A DNA stretch of 63,968 nt, counting the filler, from Hausera hauseri (lineage: Eukaryota), in the NCBI GenBank assembly GCA_046269625.1. It is 11 parts of 11 records of this genome, joined end to end, with 100 filler letters (N's around TTAATTAATTAA, not from the genome) between each part and the next. Parts side by side here need not be neighbours in the genome. Positions count along the whole stretch, not along the records: positions 7,180 to 13,526 come from JBJURY010109875.1; positions 13,627 to 22,612 come from JBJURY010491020.1; 9 more parts are not named here. One strand, 5' to 3'. Position numbers and translations under genes: made by a program. Shown piece after piece: positions 10,763 to 22,712 of this stretch (position 1 is its first letter; every line of letters begins with the position of its first letter). The notes under the pieces were generated by a model. That model was not told the origin of the DNA, made no database searches, and saw only the letters and a list, made by a program, of their open reading frames with translations.

Positions 10763-13191
10763 TGCGAGAAGATAGATATCACTGTTTTCCCCTATTGTCC
10801 TGCACTGAAAGGTTTGCCATACTCTTTGGGCATGCTCGTAGTTAGCATCGCTAATATGGCTGGATGACAAATGACTATAAATGTCCTTCTTGTCCGGTAA
10901 TGATTCTTCATCCAGTGTTTCCCATGACGTTATATAGTCTTAGAGGAACAGGCCTTTCCTCTTGACAAGGCCAAAAAAGTGGGGAAGAACCTCTTCGTCT
11001 CCTTGAGTTCTTCTGCAGAGAGGTTCTTCACTAAACTATCCAGTGACGAGCTCATGAAACGGAAACTCTCTATGAATAGAAGTCTAATGCGACCCACATA
11101 CTTAGTGAAGGTGATATATTTTTCCTCACTGTTTGGAATGACATCAATGTTCCACTCAGTATTACCAAGTTCCCAAACAATGATGTGGGGATTATAACCA
11201 CTGAGATTGTGGAACACTACAGGCACATATGTGCATGTTTTGCAGCGTAAGTTGCAGTTGTTGCATGCTGCTTCTCGATATTTGCCTGTAAAATGGCAAT
11301 GATCCTTGACCTTATAATTATCCTTGGTGAATGACTTGTCGCACAAATAACATGTTGCCTTGCGCCATTCATCTTCTTGCTGCTTCGACATGCTCATTGT
11401 ATCCTTATTCTGCTGAAGCATGTTTTCAAGCGTGAGCCCTGTCTTCTAATCTCTCCATAAAATGTGCTGCTGCGTCTAGCCCTATGAATAGAAATGGTTC
11501 ACTGTCTAGTCCTTTGGCATACATACAATATTGAGAGTTCATGATATTGGTATGCTGTTGTACTGCTATGTTGGGGATTAGGGCTGTAGCTGTGAACTAG
11601 GCTGAAGATGGCCTCAAAATTACAATAGACGACAATCGGCACCTTCTGCATCTCCTCGAACTCCTGGAATTCCAGGTAATCCTCCTTGGGGAATTCTGCT
11701 CGGATGCAATAGTTTGTATTACAGTAGGTCTTGTGCTCCACCAACTTTTCTGCGACTGTGTCCCCATTAAAATGGATAAAGCATCTCTTGCATATTTCCA
11801 GCCTTGATTTATGCTTGGATATTTGGGATCCTACAAGGCACTCAAAATTTTTAATCCAGATGAAATGCCTCGTTTCTCCATCATCTAGCATAAGTAGATC
11901 CCTATGATCCTCCAATTCCTCCATGCACACCTGTAATGGATAAAATTTGCCCTCCTCCAATCCGAAAATGTTGATTGAGATGTTCACGCTTTTAAATTTC
12001 CGATTTCATCTAGGCTCGGCGGGAATAAAATACAGCTGAAGTCGTATGTGTACTGCACTTTGTCATATATCCAAACTCGGGAAGCATTATGTTGATCCTG
12101 GACTAGTTTTGATAAAATGGCATTCATGAAACACATGTTGTCATTATTATGGACATTGACACATGCCTCTTTCTTAACTATCCATTCACGAAGCGGTATG
12201 TAAAACCTGCTTCTCATGGGAGAATATTTATACACATGCACAAGCAACCAATTTATTGTTGCTAAAGTCCAACCGCTCTTCTTGTCCTGGCTTTCTTCGG
12301 CTTTACGGATGAGCCTTGCATAATCCTTTGTAATGAAATGCTTAATGTCAAAGGATTTCAATAGCGTCCTGTTCTTTGTCTTGAAGGCTCTATTAGACAG
12401 CTCTCCTTTGACATTGGTGAAGGTGGCTTCCAATTTGAATTTCACCTTAAGGGCCTTCAGCTCCAACAAGTTGTCCTGGAGAATTCCTGCAGCCTACTCC
12501 TTTGAATATTGCAGAAATTCATGTAGCGATGTCTGCCCCAATGCTGTTACGAAATATCGGCGAACTTTGCTCTTCAGTGCAGCTGCATCAACTGGCCGCT
12601 GTCTTTGGCTTTTTAATGGAACATATGCTGCTACTTCTGATAGGCGTTTTGGTCCTGCATCAGGCCTTGCTGCTAAAGCAGGCTATACAACTGGCTGTGC
12701 TCTCGCATCAGGACGCTGCTCATTAAATATGACCTTTGGCTTTGAATTGAAGTATGTCAAATGGGCAATATGATCTTTGTAAAACTGCATGTATTCTCCA
12801 TCACATACGGCCTCACATCCTGGACAAATATAATAGAGGACTCTTGAATTTGTATCCATAATAGCTCCTCATAGCATTGCGACAATTCTGAAGGTTGTGT
12901 ATTGCACATGTGCAATACACATAGGAAGTGCATCTTTGATTTTCCTTTGACATGAAAGTCGTTATTGGCATATTGTTTTTTCGACTTGGTGAAGAAAATC
13001 AAGTGCTGATTATGGACATTGTAAAAGTCTTCATAATTGGTTTGGCACATTACCTCACATGTAGGGCATATATAATACTGAACCCTGTTGTACATATGGC
13101 CAAAGTACTTTTTCATAACACTGGCAATTTTTTGCCTCGTGGATTTGAGCCAAACATTCGCTGTAAAGTTTGCAAATCTAAAATCAATCAA
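10763..13191 (-). pseudogene. pPolB copy B, 3'-truncated in the exonuclease III region
   Basis: Paralogous to copy A: ESQDKKSGWTL, CVNVHNNDNMCF, VPIVVYCNFEAI, DHCHFTGKYREAACNNCNL. Similarity ends near 10763. Confidence 0.92.
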
Positions 13192-13654
13192 TTATTTGAG
13201 GAGCACAATTAAAAAACTCGCCATTCGTTGAAGTGATTTTGGAAATAATGAACAATATTGCCATATCACAATGTACTGCCTCGCTTCTTGATGGGTTTTA
13301 ATGCGCCTTTGTTTTAATGCATCAATTAAATATAATAGAAGGCAGCGCCAAATTTAAGGTTTTCGACCATGAGGAATCGAATGGCGTCATTAGATTCTTC
13401 GAATAATGCATGTTTGACCAAGTTTTCGAGTTCGAATAGCTAAGTATTCGACTTGTGAGTTCGAATTCGAATTCCTCGTGTCATACTCCGATTCGGCATA
13501 CATGACTTCCCATCCAGCCCGGGTATNNNNNNNNNNNNNNNNNNNNNNNNNNNNNNNNNNNNNNNNNNNNTTAATTAATTAANNNNNNNNNNNNNNNNNN
13601 NNNNNNNNNNNNNNNNNNNNNNNNNNAAAAGTCATTTTTATAGATGCTATAGAA

Positions 13655-13950
13655 CAGCAGTTCTCAACACCCAATGCATGCTCTAAGTGTCCAAGCTACC
13701 ACTCACCTGACTTATGCAAACAGGCTTCTGCTGAGGAGATTTTGCAATAATTACAGGATAACCTTTTTCGGATTCACTTGAATCGGAGATACAAATTACC
13801 TAAGTCTCCTCTGTGTTGTATGTGAAAAGAAACTTGCAAATAGCACAATGGTACCTGCTAAATTAAAACGTCATTTTCAACTGAACATATAGGTCTTTCA
13901 TCAAAAATAAGGAATGCCTTAAAAGGCTTTTGGAAATGCAAGGTAAACAA
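13655..13950 (+). mobile_element. hAT (Buster/Charlie-type) transposon 5' fragment
   Basis: Terminus CAGCAGTTCTCAAC preceded by CTATAGAA (nnnTAnnn pattern). Translation FGFT..LCVVCEKKLANSTMVPAKLKRHF. Confidence 0.75.
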
Positions 13951-13959
13951 AGACAAGCG

Positions 13960-15640
13960 TCCCCTTCTGCGCAGGTTATAAACGAGGAAATTATTGGTCT
14001 AATAATCAAACATCTAAATTACAGAAAATTTTGAAAAATATTTTCTGAAAGAAAAACTTGGTAAAGCACAATTCCACGGGGTTAACTGTTCTTGATGTTG
14101 CTGTAAAGTTTGTTGCAATCGATTGTTTGGAATTTGTTTTTCTTCAGTCATTGAATGACCAGGACATCATCGAAGCAATAGCCGTTTCATTTCCAGATTT
14201 AGCGATATCTATAGATGACTTTATGAAACACCTAATGCTATACAAATCAATTTTATTTGACAAACATGACAATTTTTCAACCTATGCTGTGCCATCTATT
14301 GTCAATTTTCTATGGCCACTGAATAAACAATCCTATTTGGAAATCTCTGTAAGATTCAACAGAATATTATTTGTTTAGTCAGTTTTACAAATGATTCTAG
14401 AAGAGAATGAGTCATGGACAAAGTCAATGGAATTAGCCGTTCAATTGGGATATAATTATTTAAAAGACTTAATACAACACAGACAACAATCTTTAGAAAA
14501 TCGTCAAAAAGCGAAGTTTAAACTGTTGCACATTGCTGTCAAAGAAAAACAAATTCCTCTTGTGAGATGCGTTTCAGAAAACAAATTGATTGATCTCAAT
14601 TACAGCGATGCGCCTATAGGGATACCTTTGTGCTTAGCTTTGAAGTTAGGCTATCTTGAATGTGCTAAGATTATGCTGTATTATGGCGCTAATGTTGATA
14701 AAACTGACGAGTTCAATCGAAATGCAATTCACATAGTCTTGAGTCAAGGCATGCTCGCTATTTGCTCTGCATTAATACAGAAATGTAAAGTGATGGACCA
14801 TAGAGATTGGAATGACCTGACAGTTTTGCACATGGCTATTTTGGAGGAACACGAAACTGTCTGTGACATGCTTGTTCACAGTGGTGCATCAATATGATCT
14901 AATTTAGAGATTCACCAATCAGTGTCCAGAAATCTTCAGCAGCTTTACCACTCAACAATATTACCATTAGATAATATTGAAAACCCTGTTACTCTGTGTT
15001 TAAAGTTACATCGAACCATATTTAATTCCTTACTTTCTAAAATCGACAATTCTTCTGTAAAAAGGACTGATCAGTTTGGAAATTCACTGCCGCATCTCAG
15101 CAAAATTGCTCCAACCATATTTGTGTCTTAAACTCATTGATAAAGGACCTGAAGTGACTTTAGAAATAAAAAAGGAAATATTCCTATCCTCAGTCTTTAT
15201 GGTGAAGCTTTGGATTGTTGGCAAAACGAGGGAATCACCGAAACTTTGGAAGTTTTAGTTAATCATGGATATGATATCAACTTCAAGAACCTTAAAGGCG
15301 TATCAGCATATCGATATTGTTTCCAAACTTATTCCAGAAGGGATTTGAGCTTCCTTCTGGAAAATGCTACAGAACTTGATGCAACTGTCGATGATTTCTT
15401 CGTTATTTGTAACAAACGATGGCCTGAAATTTTAGAGTCCATGAAAATGAATTTCGAAAAAATTTAATACGATTTTGCATTGAAAAGTCAAATTCAGAAT
15501 TGTTTAACTTTTTCTTAGAAAAAGCTGACGAAACTTTTAAAAACCATATTTGCGAAGAATCATTACACCTTTCGGTTTTGTTAGACAAGGAGTTTATGTT
15601 TAAGAAATTTTTGGAATTCAAAATTTATGGCTTACGGCTG
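13960..15640 (+). pseudogene. Ankyrin-repeat protein pseudogene
   Basis: GLTVLDVAV, LLHIAVKE, YGANVDKTDEFNRNAIHI, DWNDLTVLHMAILEEH, HGYDINFKNLKGVSA. Fragmented. Confidence 0.85.
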
Positions 15641-15869
15641 TTGGCAAATGGGGCATTCAATTACGATGGATGAAGCGAAATTACATCACTGAATCCCAGT
15701 CTAGAAATAGAGCTGTTTGTTAAAAAGTCCTTTGTGACGACAAAATAAATCAGTTTGCTGTTTGTGGAACGTTTTCTCCAGTTCGCAGCGAACACGAAGC
15801 CAAAGTTGTTGAATTAATAACTCGGTTTGATCCAACGGCTAGTGTATCTGTTAGTCACAAAATTGACTA

Positions 15870-16160
15870 TATTGGACGTTACGTTGTTATCGGAGGTTCT
15901 TTCCGGATAGCCCTTGCTGTTGTGAAATGTTTGATATGACCAAAAATACGTGGTTAGACATGGGTTCAATGCTTTTGGCCAGGAGTCAAGCATCTGTAGT
16001 GTCTATAGAGAATCTGATATCTGTAGTCGGTGGAACCGACAGCTGGAAATGTCTATCAAGCTGTGAATTTATGGATACTAGACAAGGAAAATGGTGATCA
16101 TTTCCCGATCTTAGTTTTTCAAGAAGAGGAACAGTAATGGTTTCGTACGATGGAAAATTA
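15870..16160 (+). pseudogene. Kelch-repeat fragment
   Basis: CEMFDMTKNTWLDMGSMLLARSQASVVSIENLISVVGGTDSWKCLSSCEFMDTRQGKW*SFPDLSFSRRG matches kelch spacing (R..GG..E.YD...W). Confidence 0.8.
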
Positions 16161-16615
16161 TTGGTGGCGATCAATGTATCAGTACGACTCATCGATTTGA
16201 CGAAAGATGATTTGCATGTCATTTGCCGACACGGTAAGAATATTATTGCATTGTTTCTTAAACGAAATTACGATTTCATTCTGATCGGTAATTTGATGAG
16301 ATCTGTAACATTATTTACAATACAAACCGAATGATGCTCATTTTGAATTGATTGCACATCTGGCACCACATTGGACAACAGCCGTTGAAATTATTGATGG
16401 TGACAAATTCCTTATTGCTGAAAATAAAATAAATATGTTCGTTGTCAATAGGGATTTTGATATTGCATGTACGGCAACTGGTATTGAAGCTAAATCAGCT
16501 GATGTGCTGATGATGAAGGATGCGCGATTTAAAATGTCTGAATATGCACCAATGCATGTTGGACAGGTTTCCAATACGCTTATGGCTGGAAATATTCTCA
16601 TGCAACCTCTACTCG
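16140..16615 (+). pseudogene. DDB1: DDB1 C-terminal beta-propeller fragment
   Basis: DGKLLVAINVSVRL..NIIALFLK..DFILIGNLMRSV..HWTTAVEIIDGDKFLIAENKINMFV..MHVGQVSN..GNILMQ parallels DDB1 [50 protein letters not shown]. Confidence 0.85.
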
Positions 16616-18529
16616 AAAAATGTCGCGAATTGAACGATTTAGCAAAAGCATATAATCTACAATTAGATATCTCAAACAGCTCATCAAATAATTTATTTAA
16701 AAATTCAAAATATTCCAATAATAAGTTTGAATTACTTTGCTGGGTTCACATTAATCATGACCAAATAGTTGACAAGATAGATTGCGCGACCACAGACCGA
16801 TTTAATAAAGATGATGAAATTTTTTGAAGCAGTTAATGCCTTTATTAGAGCATATCTACCAAACACTAAATAGTATCGCACAGGATAAATTATTTGTCCA
16901 AATAATGCCCGAAATTCCTTCACATACATGTAGATGGGCAGCTGTTGGAAGATTCGAGTCTCTGAACTATCTGAAATTACACCAATTGACCCCTATGCAC
17001 TCATTTCAATCGTTTCACAATCTAATATTACCCCTACAAAACGTACAACAATTAAACAAGCGGACGTATTTACCAAATGTAAGCTATAGCAAGTCAATAA
17101 AAACAGAATACGAAGTTAACATTCCGATACTGCGCGGCTTAAGGGGAAATTCGTCCATCCCGCATTTTGCTGTCCGCCTCGTCGAGGCGGAAGTCCCGAC
17201 TGCCAAGCCTGCGCCGGTCGGTCGGACGGCGCCTTCGACGTCGGCCCCACGTCACGCCCCCAGGCACATCACTTCCATTTTCTTTTTTTTCAACCATATA
17301 CATATCTATACCCTCAATACAACACATCCACACACTCCCACCATTCAGACCTACATTTCTTCCTTCCTTAATTCTTCAGACTTTTACCTCACCCATAACG
17401 GCGCTATCATACATCTCAACGAAACTACCTTCCTTTTCAAATTACACTTGCTTCAACATACATCTTCGTACCCGTGGTGGCATGAACTCTTCGCCAACCA
17501 TTGGCACCACGGATACAACCACCACAAAAAAGGCAATATCCATTCTCTACTACTCTAGACCAAACCATCCACCTACTTCAACCGATGCAAATCCTTCTCA
17601 CAAAAATCATATTAATACTTCTCCACATTGCACTGAATACTTTATAGATAATAAAAAGTCCAGAAAAACTTGTTTCCACTTCCATCAACTCTGGTTACAG
17701 TCCAGCGGTATCACAGACTCGTTATCCGAAGCCTATAACCTACTTTATCTTCTACCAAACTCTATAAAGGCCTCAATTCATAACTTACTGGACATCTTTC
17801 AACACTCTGACCCTTATACCCAATTGTTCGATGCTGTATTAAAACAGACAGAACCATCAATTGATTCAATAATGCAACGCTTCTTTAATGAAAACTCAAT
17901 GGGGACACAAAAACTTAGTGACTTCCTACGCACCTCGTTGGCTAGCTTACGTACTCTTGGCGTCACTAAAGAGCATAACCCAGAACTACCTATCCAAATT
18001 TGGGCCCTACTTACCGTGGTGGGAGACTTCGCGCCGCTTGAGAAATTGGCCGAATTAGCCGATAGGACACATGATGTCCTACACGTAAATTCTCCACCAG
18101 TCGTTTCAGCAGCAGTTGCCTCTAACGATAATACATCCATAGAACAACAACTTAACCAGCAACGTGCTGAAAACATTGCACTACATGCAACAATTAATAA
18201 GATCAATAATAAATTAAACGAATTGTCTCTGTCCTGCCGAGGGGTTTTGCCGCCGACCGCACCCGTTCTGCGTCAAGAAACCGCTCACCATTGCCTGCGC
18301 GTTCGTCGATCTGCTATTAGCACAGCAGATTCAACACTAATGCCTAGAAGTGCTGCCTAGGCTCCAAGTTTTATAATAAGAATTTTTCCTTGGACACCGT
18401 TATTTGCATCTACCATACAAGGTTGAAACACCAAGCTCGTAAGTGTCTTCCAGGCTGCACTTTCAAATCCAATAGGAACGACGGACGTACTGCTTTCCCT
18501 TCTAATAGTCGTCCTAATTCACCCTTTAA

Positions 18530-18580
18530 AAAAAACTAAATTCGCCGCCAGCAGTCACGGTAAACTCTGGCAATGGCAAT
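18530..18580 (+). promoter_or_regulatory. Gag-pol -1 ribosomal frameshift signal (A AAA AAC, stop, hairpin)
   Basis: Slippery heptamer at the gag stop, with pol open in the -1 frame. Same arrangement at 47772, 52160 and 57670 (minus strand). Confidence 0.7.
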
Positions 18581-19879
18581 ACTTCACATTCTGAACGCCG
18601 ACACGTCTTTTTTGCTGTCTTTACTCTAAAGGCCGCAATCACTGCCCCTACAACGCAATCTTTTGACTTTCTCATCGATACAGGTGCAGCAATTTCTTTA
18701 TTACCACAAACTTTTCCTACACAAAATACTCCATTCAAGATCAAATCTTTATACACTGCTTTAGGCCAACCGCTGCACATTTCTGGCATGGCTAAATTAT
18801 CTTTCACTTTACCAAATTTCTCCTTACCTTTCCACTGGACGTTCACAGTCGCTAACGTCCAGTCGACAATTCTAGGATCTGACTTTCTGTCACATTATAA
18901 TTTACAGGTTGACTGCAGTCAACGATGTTTGAGGAGCGGTACCACTGACAACATTTCTGGATATGTAAATAGCGTTTCGACTACCGCGCAGTCGACCGGA
19001 ATGCCGAAATCAAGCTTTAAAAAGTCAACGAATAATTCGAGTTTTTATAAAAATAATTCCATTCGAAAATTTTTAAATAATAATACTAATATTCGATTGA
19101 AGTTCAATGTCGTTAATTGTGGTACTGTCACCAACGCTAACTCATTTGACGAAAATACCTTAGCCAACACCATTTTCAATTCAACCATTTTACACCAAAT
19201 ACCACTTGACTACACATCACCTAACAACTCACAAATTGCATCCGCTACTACTCAAACCGTTTCACCATTTTCACCGAATCTTTTACAGTTACCTACAACG
19301 TTACAGCAATTCATCAACAAATCATGTCCACGCATACTTAGAAAAGATCGTATTTTTACTCCCTCCAACAGCACTTTACACCATATAGTTACAAAGCATC
19401 AACGTCCAATACGTCAAAAGGTACGACCTCTGTCATCTCGTCGTAGACAGGCCGTAGAAGCCGAATTTCTTGAGCTAGAACGTTCCGACATAGTACGCCG
19501 TTCCAAATCTCCAAATCTCACCTTTACACGTTGTACAAAAAATGACGGTACTTTTAGACCATGCGGTTACTATCGACAGCTCAACAACTTGACTATCAAC
19601 GACGCGTATCCTTTACTACTCATCATGGATATCCTGCATCGTCTTAATTCAACCACCATCTATTCGACCATTGATTTAGCTAAAGCCTACCATTAAATAC
19701 CGGTGGCACACGAAGATATAGAAAAAACCGCAGTAACTACTCCTTTTGGTCTCTATGAATATCTATTTATGCCACTCGGTTTGCGGAATGCCGCACAAAC
19801 TTTTCAGCGGTACATCAATTCAATTCTTTCCGATTTCCCGTTTGCACACCCTTATATCGACAATATTCTAGTTGTTTCA

Positions 19880-20487
19880 TGTGGTGCCCACATTGCCCCA
19901 AACAAAATAACAGCTATGTTGAAATATTGTGTGGTGTGTTATCAAATGCTATATATGTGCAGGAGATAAATTTTTGTTTTACGATGTTAAATTGGAATTG
20001 AGATTTGTAAATATAGTTTGAAATATAGCGATTTATCCTGCCATTTTGATTCTTGTTTTTTGATATTAATTGACGTTGGAATTTCATTTTCGTCATTCTG
20101 AACCAATAATTTAGTTATCGAGGATATTCACTCGTTATTGAACGATAAAGTTAATAGAATTCTATTTTGGCATATCTGTTCCACGGGATTTTAAGTGAAT
20201 TTCTTGTATCCTCTGTTTTTATCAAACATTCGCGGATTTTATTCTGATTTAGCCATTTTGTCGTGGTATATTTTTTGCGATCGATTTATCTTTTGTGATT
20301 TCTTTCACTGGAATTAACAAATTGAATATTGCTGCTATCTTTTATTGGAATTGTTCATATCCATTGTTCTAAAAATTTTGGTTTTATACATCGAAAATTC
20401 GGAGCCATCACATCGCTTTGCGTTTTTATTTGCAATTACAACCGTCCGTATTAATTTATTATGGAATATAATAACAGCGAAACTATA
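19880..20487. mobile_element. 608-bp solo-LTR-like insertion in the RT gene
   Basis: Starts TGTGG, ends CTATA, flanked by a TTTCA duplication (19875-19879 and 20488-20492). RT resumes exactly: ILVVS|SSAKQHEEHL. Confidence 0.8.
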
Positions 20488-22712
20488 TTTCATCTTCGGC
20501 CAAACAACACGAAGAACACCTTCGTGCAATATTTCAACGTCTCAACTACCATAATCTCCTAGTCAATTTCGACAAATGCCAATTTTTCAAAAAGCGCATT
20601 AACTTTTTAGGCCACGTTATTACACCAGACGGTCATTCTCCTCAATCAGACCCAGTCGAAACTCTTAAAAACATCCAGTTGCCACGTACAACCACCGAAA
20701 TGCGCAGCTTCCTCGGCACACTACATTTTGTACATAAATACGTACCATATTGCTCCAAATTGATAGCACCATTCGCACACCTAAGTGGCGACAAAAAACA
20801 TCAGCTAATCCACTGGACACCTGAATTGGTTGACAAATTCCACAAGCTACGCGAAGGCATCAAAACCGTAGATATTTTAGCTTTTCCCAAGCCTGATGCA
20901 GAACTTATCCTTACTACAAACGAGTCGACCACTGCTGTAGGATTTGTACTCCATCATATCTACAATGGAGAAAACCAACTATTAGAATTTTTCTATCGCA
21001 AACTAACCGCACCTGAAGCTAGATATTCCACGTTCGATCGCGAACTATTAGCCATCGTTTTCGCTTTAAAGCATTTCTCACATCTACTTGTCGCTCGTTA
21101 TTGCACTCTACAAACCAATTACAAAACCTTACTTAACATCATAGCTATGAAACACCCTTCTACACGCCAAGAAAGACAAATATCATACTTGTCGACATTT
21201 AATTTCGATATTAAACATATTAACGGGGTTAACAATTTAGTTGCTGATTTTTTATCTAGTTCGATCAATTTTTCACCGATCTTTACGCAAGATCAACTTA
21301 AAGAGAACCAGCCACCTCAAGACATGCTTAATTCTTTCAAATCTTGCACAATCGTTGACGGTGTGGCTTTAGACACCTCCAAACCAGGCCATTTCGTAAT
21401 AATTCTTGCACCATCATTACAAAGGCAAGCATTTCACATCGTGAATTCGTTACACCATCCTGGTGCTAAAGTTACCTTTCTTATCCTCCATCAACAAGTA
21501 ATATAGCCGTCAATGCGTTTTGATGTGCAGGTATGGGTTAAGGAGTGCGTGGCTTGCCAAAAATACAAAACAGCTAAGCATTTAAAGCCACCACTATTCC
21601 ACTTTCCCTGCACATCGCGTTTCAAGTCCGTGCATATCGACATCGTTGGCCCTCTTCCTCCAGACAACAGTCATCAATTCACCCTCACCATGATGGACCG
21701 TTCCTCGCGATAATCAGAAGCCATCCCTCTGCGGAGCACAAACACCGACATCATAGCTGACGCTTTCATTCGCACATGGATTAGCAGGTTTGGATCACCT
21801 CGCTTCCTCATCACGGATTAGGGTCCGCAGTTTGAGTCCAACCTGTTCAAATCCCTTGTTAACCGATTGATGATCCACCACATTCATACCACGCATTATC
21901 ACCCCCAATCGATTGGCCTTCTAGAACGTTTCCACCGAACATTGAAAACGTCACTAAGAATTCTTGCAGAGTCCAACAGTAGTTGGACGAATCTTCTTCC
22001 GTTCGTTCTGTTCGGCTGGCAGAACACTCCGTCCACTTCTACAGGATGCTCACCTACTGAATCCTTATTCGGAGCTCCTGTCCGATCATTATTTGAATTA
22101 ACCGCCCTAGACGACACTCCTACGGATGAGACGATACGGGCGGCGCAAAATCACTTCGTCAAGGTCAGTAAAGATTCGTTCTGCAGGATTCTTCACAAAG
22201 ACAAAACATACTTGCCCGAAGATTTGCACACGGCTAAATTCGTATGGCTAAAGAATCAAGCTCCTTAGGGTTTTCAGCCGCGGTACCTGGGGCCCTACAA
22301 ACTGATACAGCTACACCCGTATAACGCCATCATCTCCAAAGACGGCAAAGACGTCACAGTGCACATTACCAACTTAAAGCCCGCTTTCTTTGTCGACGAC
22401 ACCTTACCAACCGACACGCCAAACTCTTTTCTTACTCCTCCACTCCATGCTATCACTACATTTATTGCTACACCATTTCCACCTTCCTCTTCTGCGCCTA
22501 GTCTTGGTCCATAATTTTATACACTTCCTACTTCTATTTCTACCACTCTTCCTATCTCTACCACTACCTCTGTATAGTCTTTCTCTTCCACTCTTCCACT
22601 CAACACAATTCCNNNNNNNNNNNNNNNNNNNNNNNNNNNNNNNNNNNNNNNNNNNNTTAATTAATTAANNNNNNNNNNNNNNNNNNNNNNNNNNNNNNNN
22701 NNNNNNNNNNNN

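Larger units (their letters stand above)
17130..22612 (+). mobile_element. CsRn1-like Ty3/gypsy element, copy 1 (UBL-gag, PR, RT, RH, IN)
   Basis: Gag DPYTQL..MGTQKLSDFLR with CHCC motifs; PR FLIDTGAAIS; RT TIDLAKAYH..TAVTTPFGLYEY..YIDN; RH YSTFDRELLA; IN VHIDIVGPLP..HYHPQSIGLLERFHRTLK. Confidence 0.93.

Noticed and set aside
16824-17558. 244-aa ORF as a separate gene
   Set aside because: It crosses the GC-rich leader; only its distal part corresponds to the frameshifted first half of the UBL.
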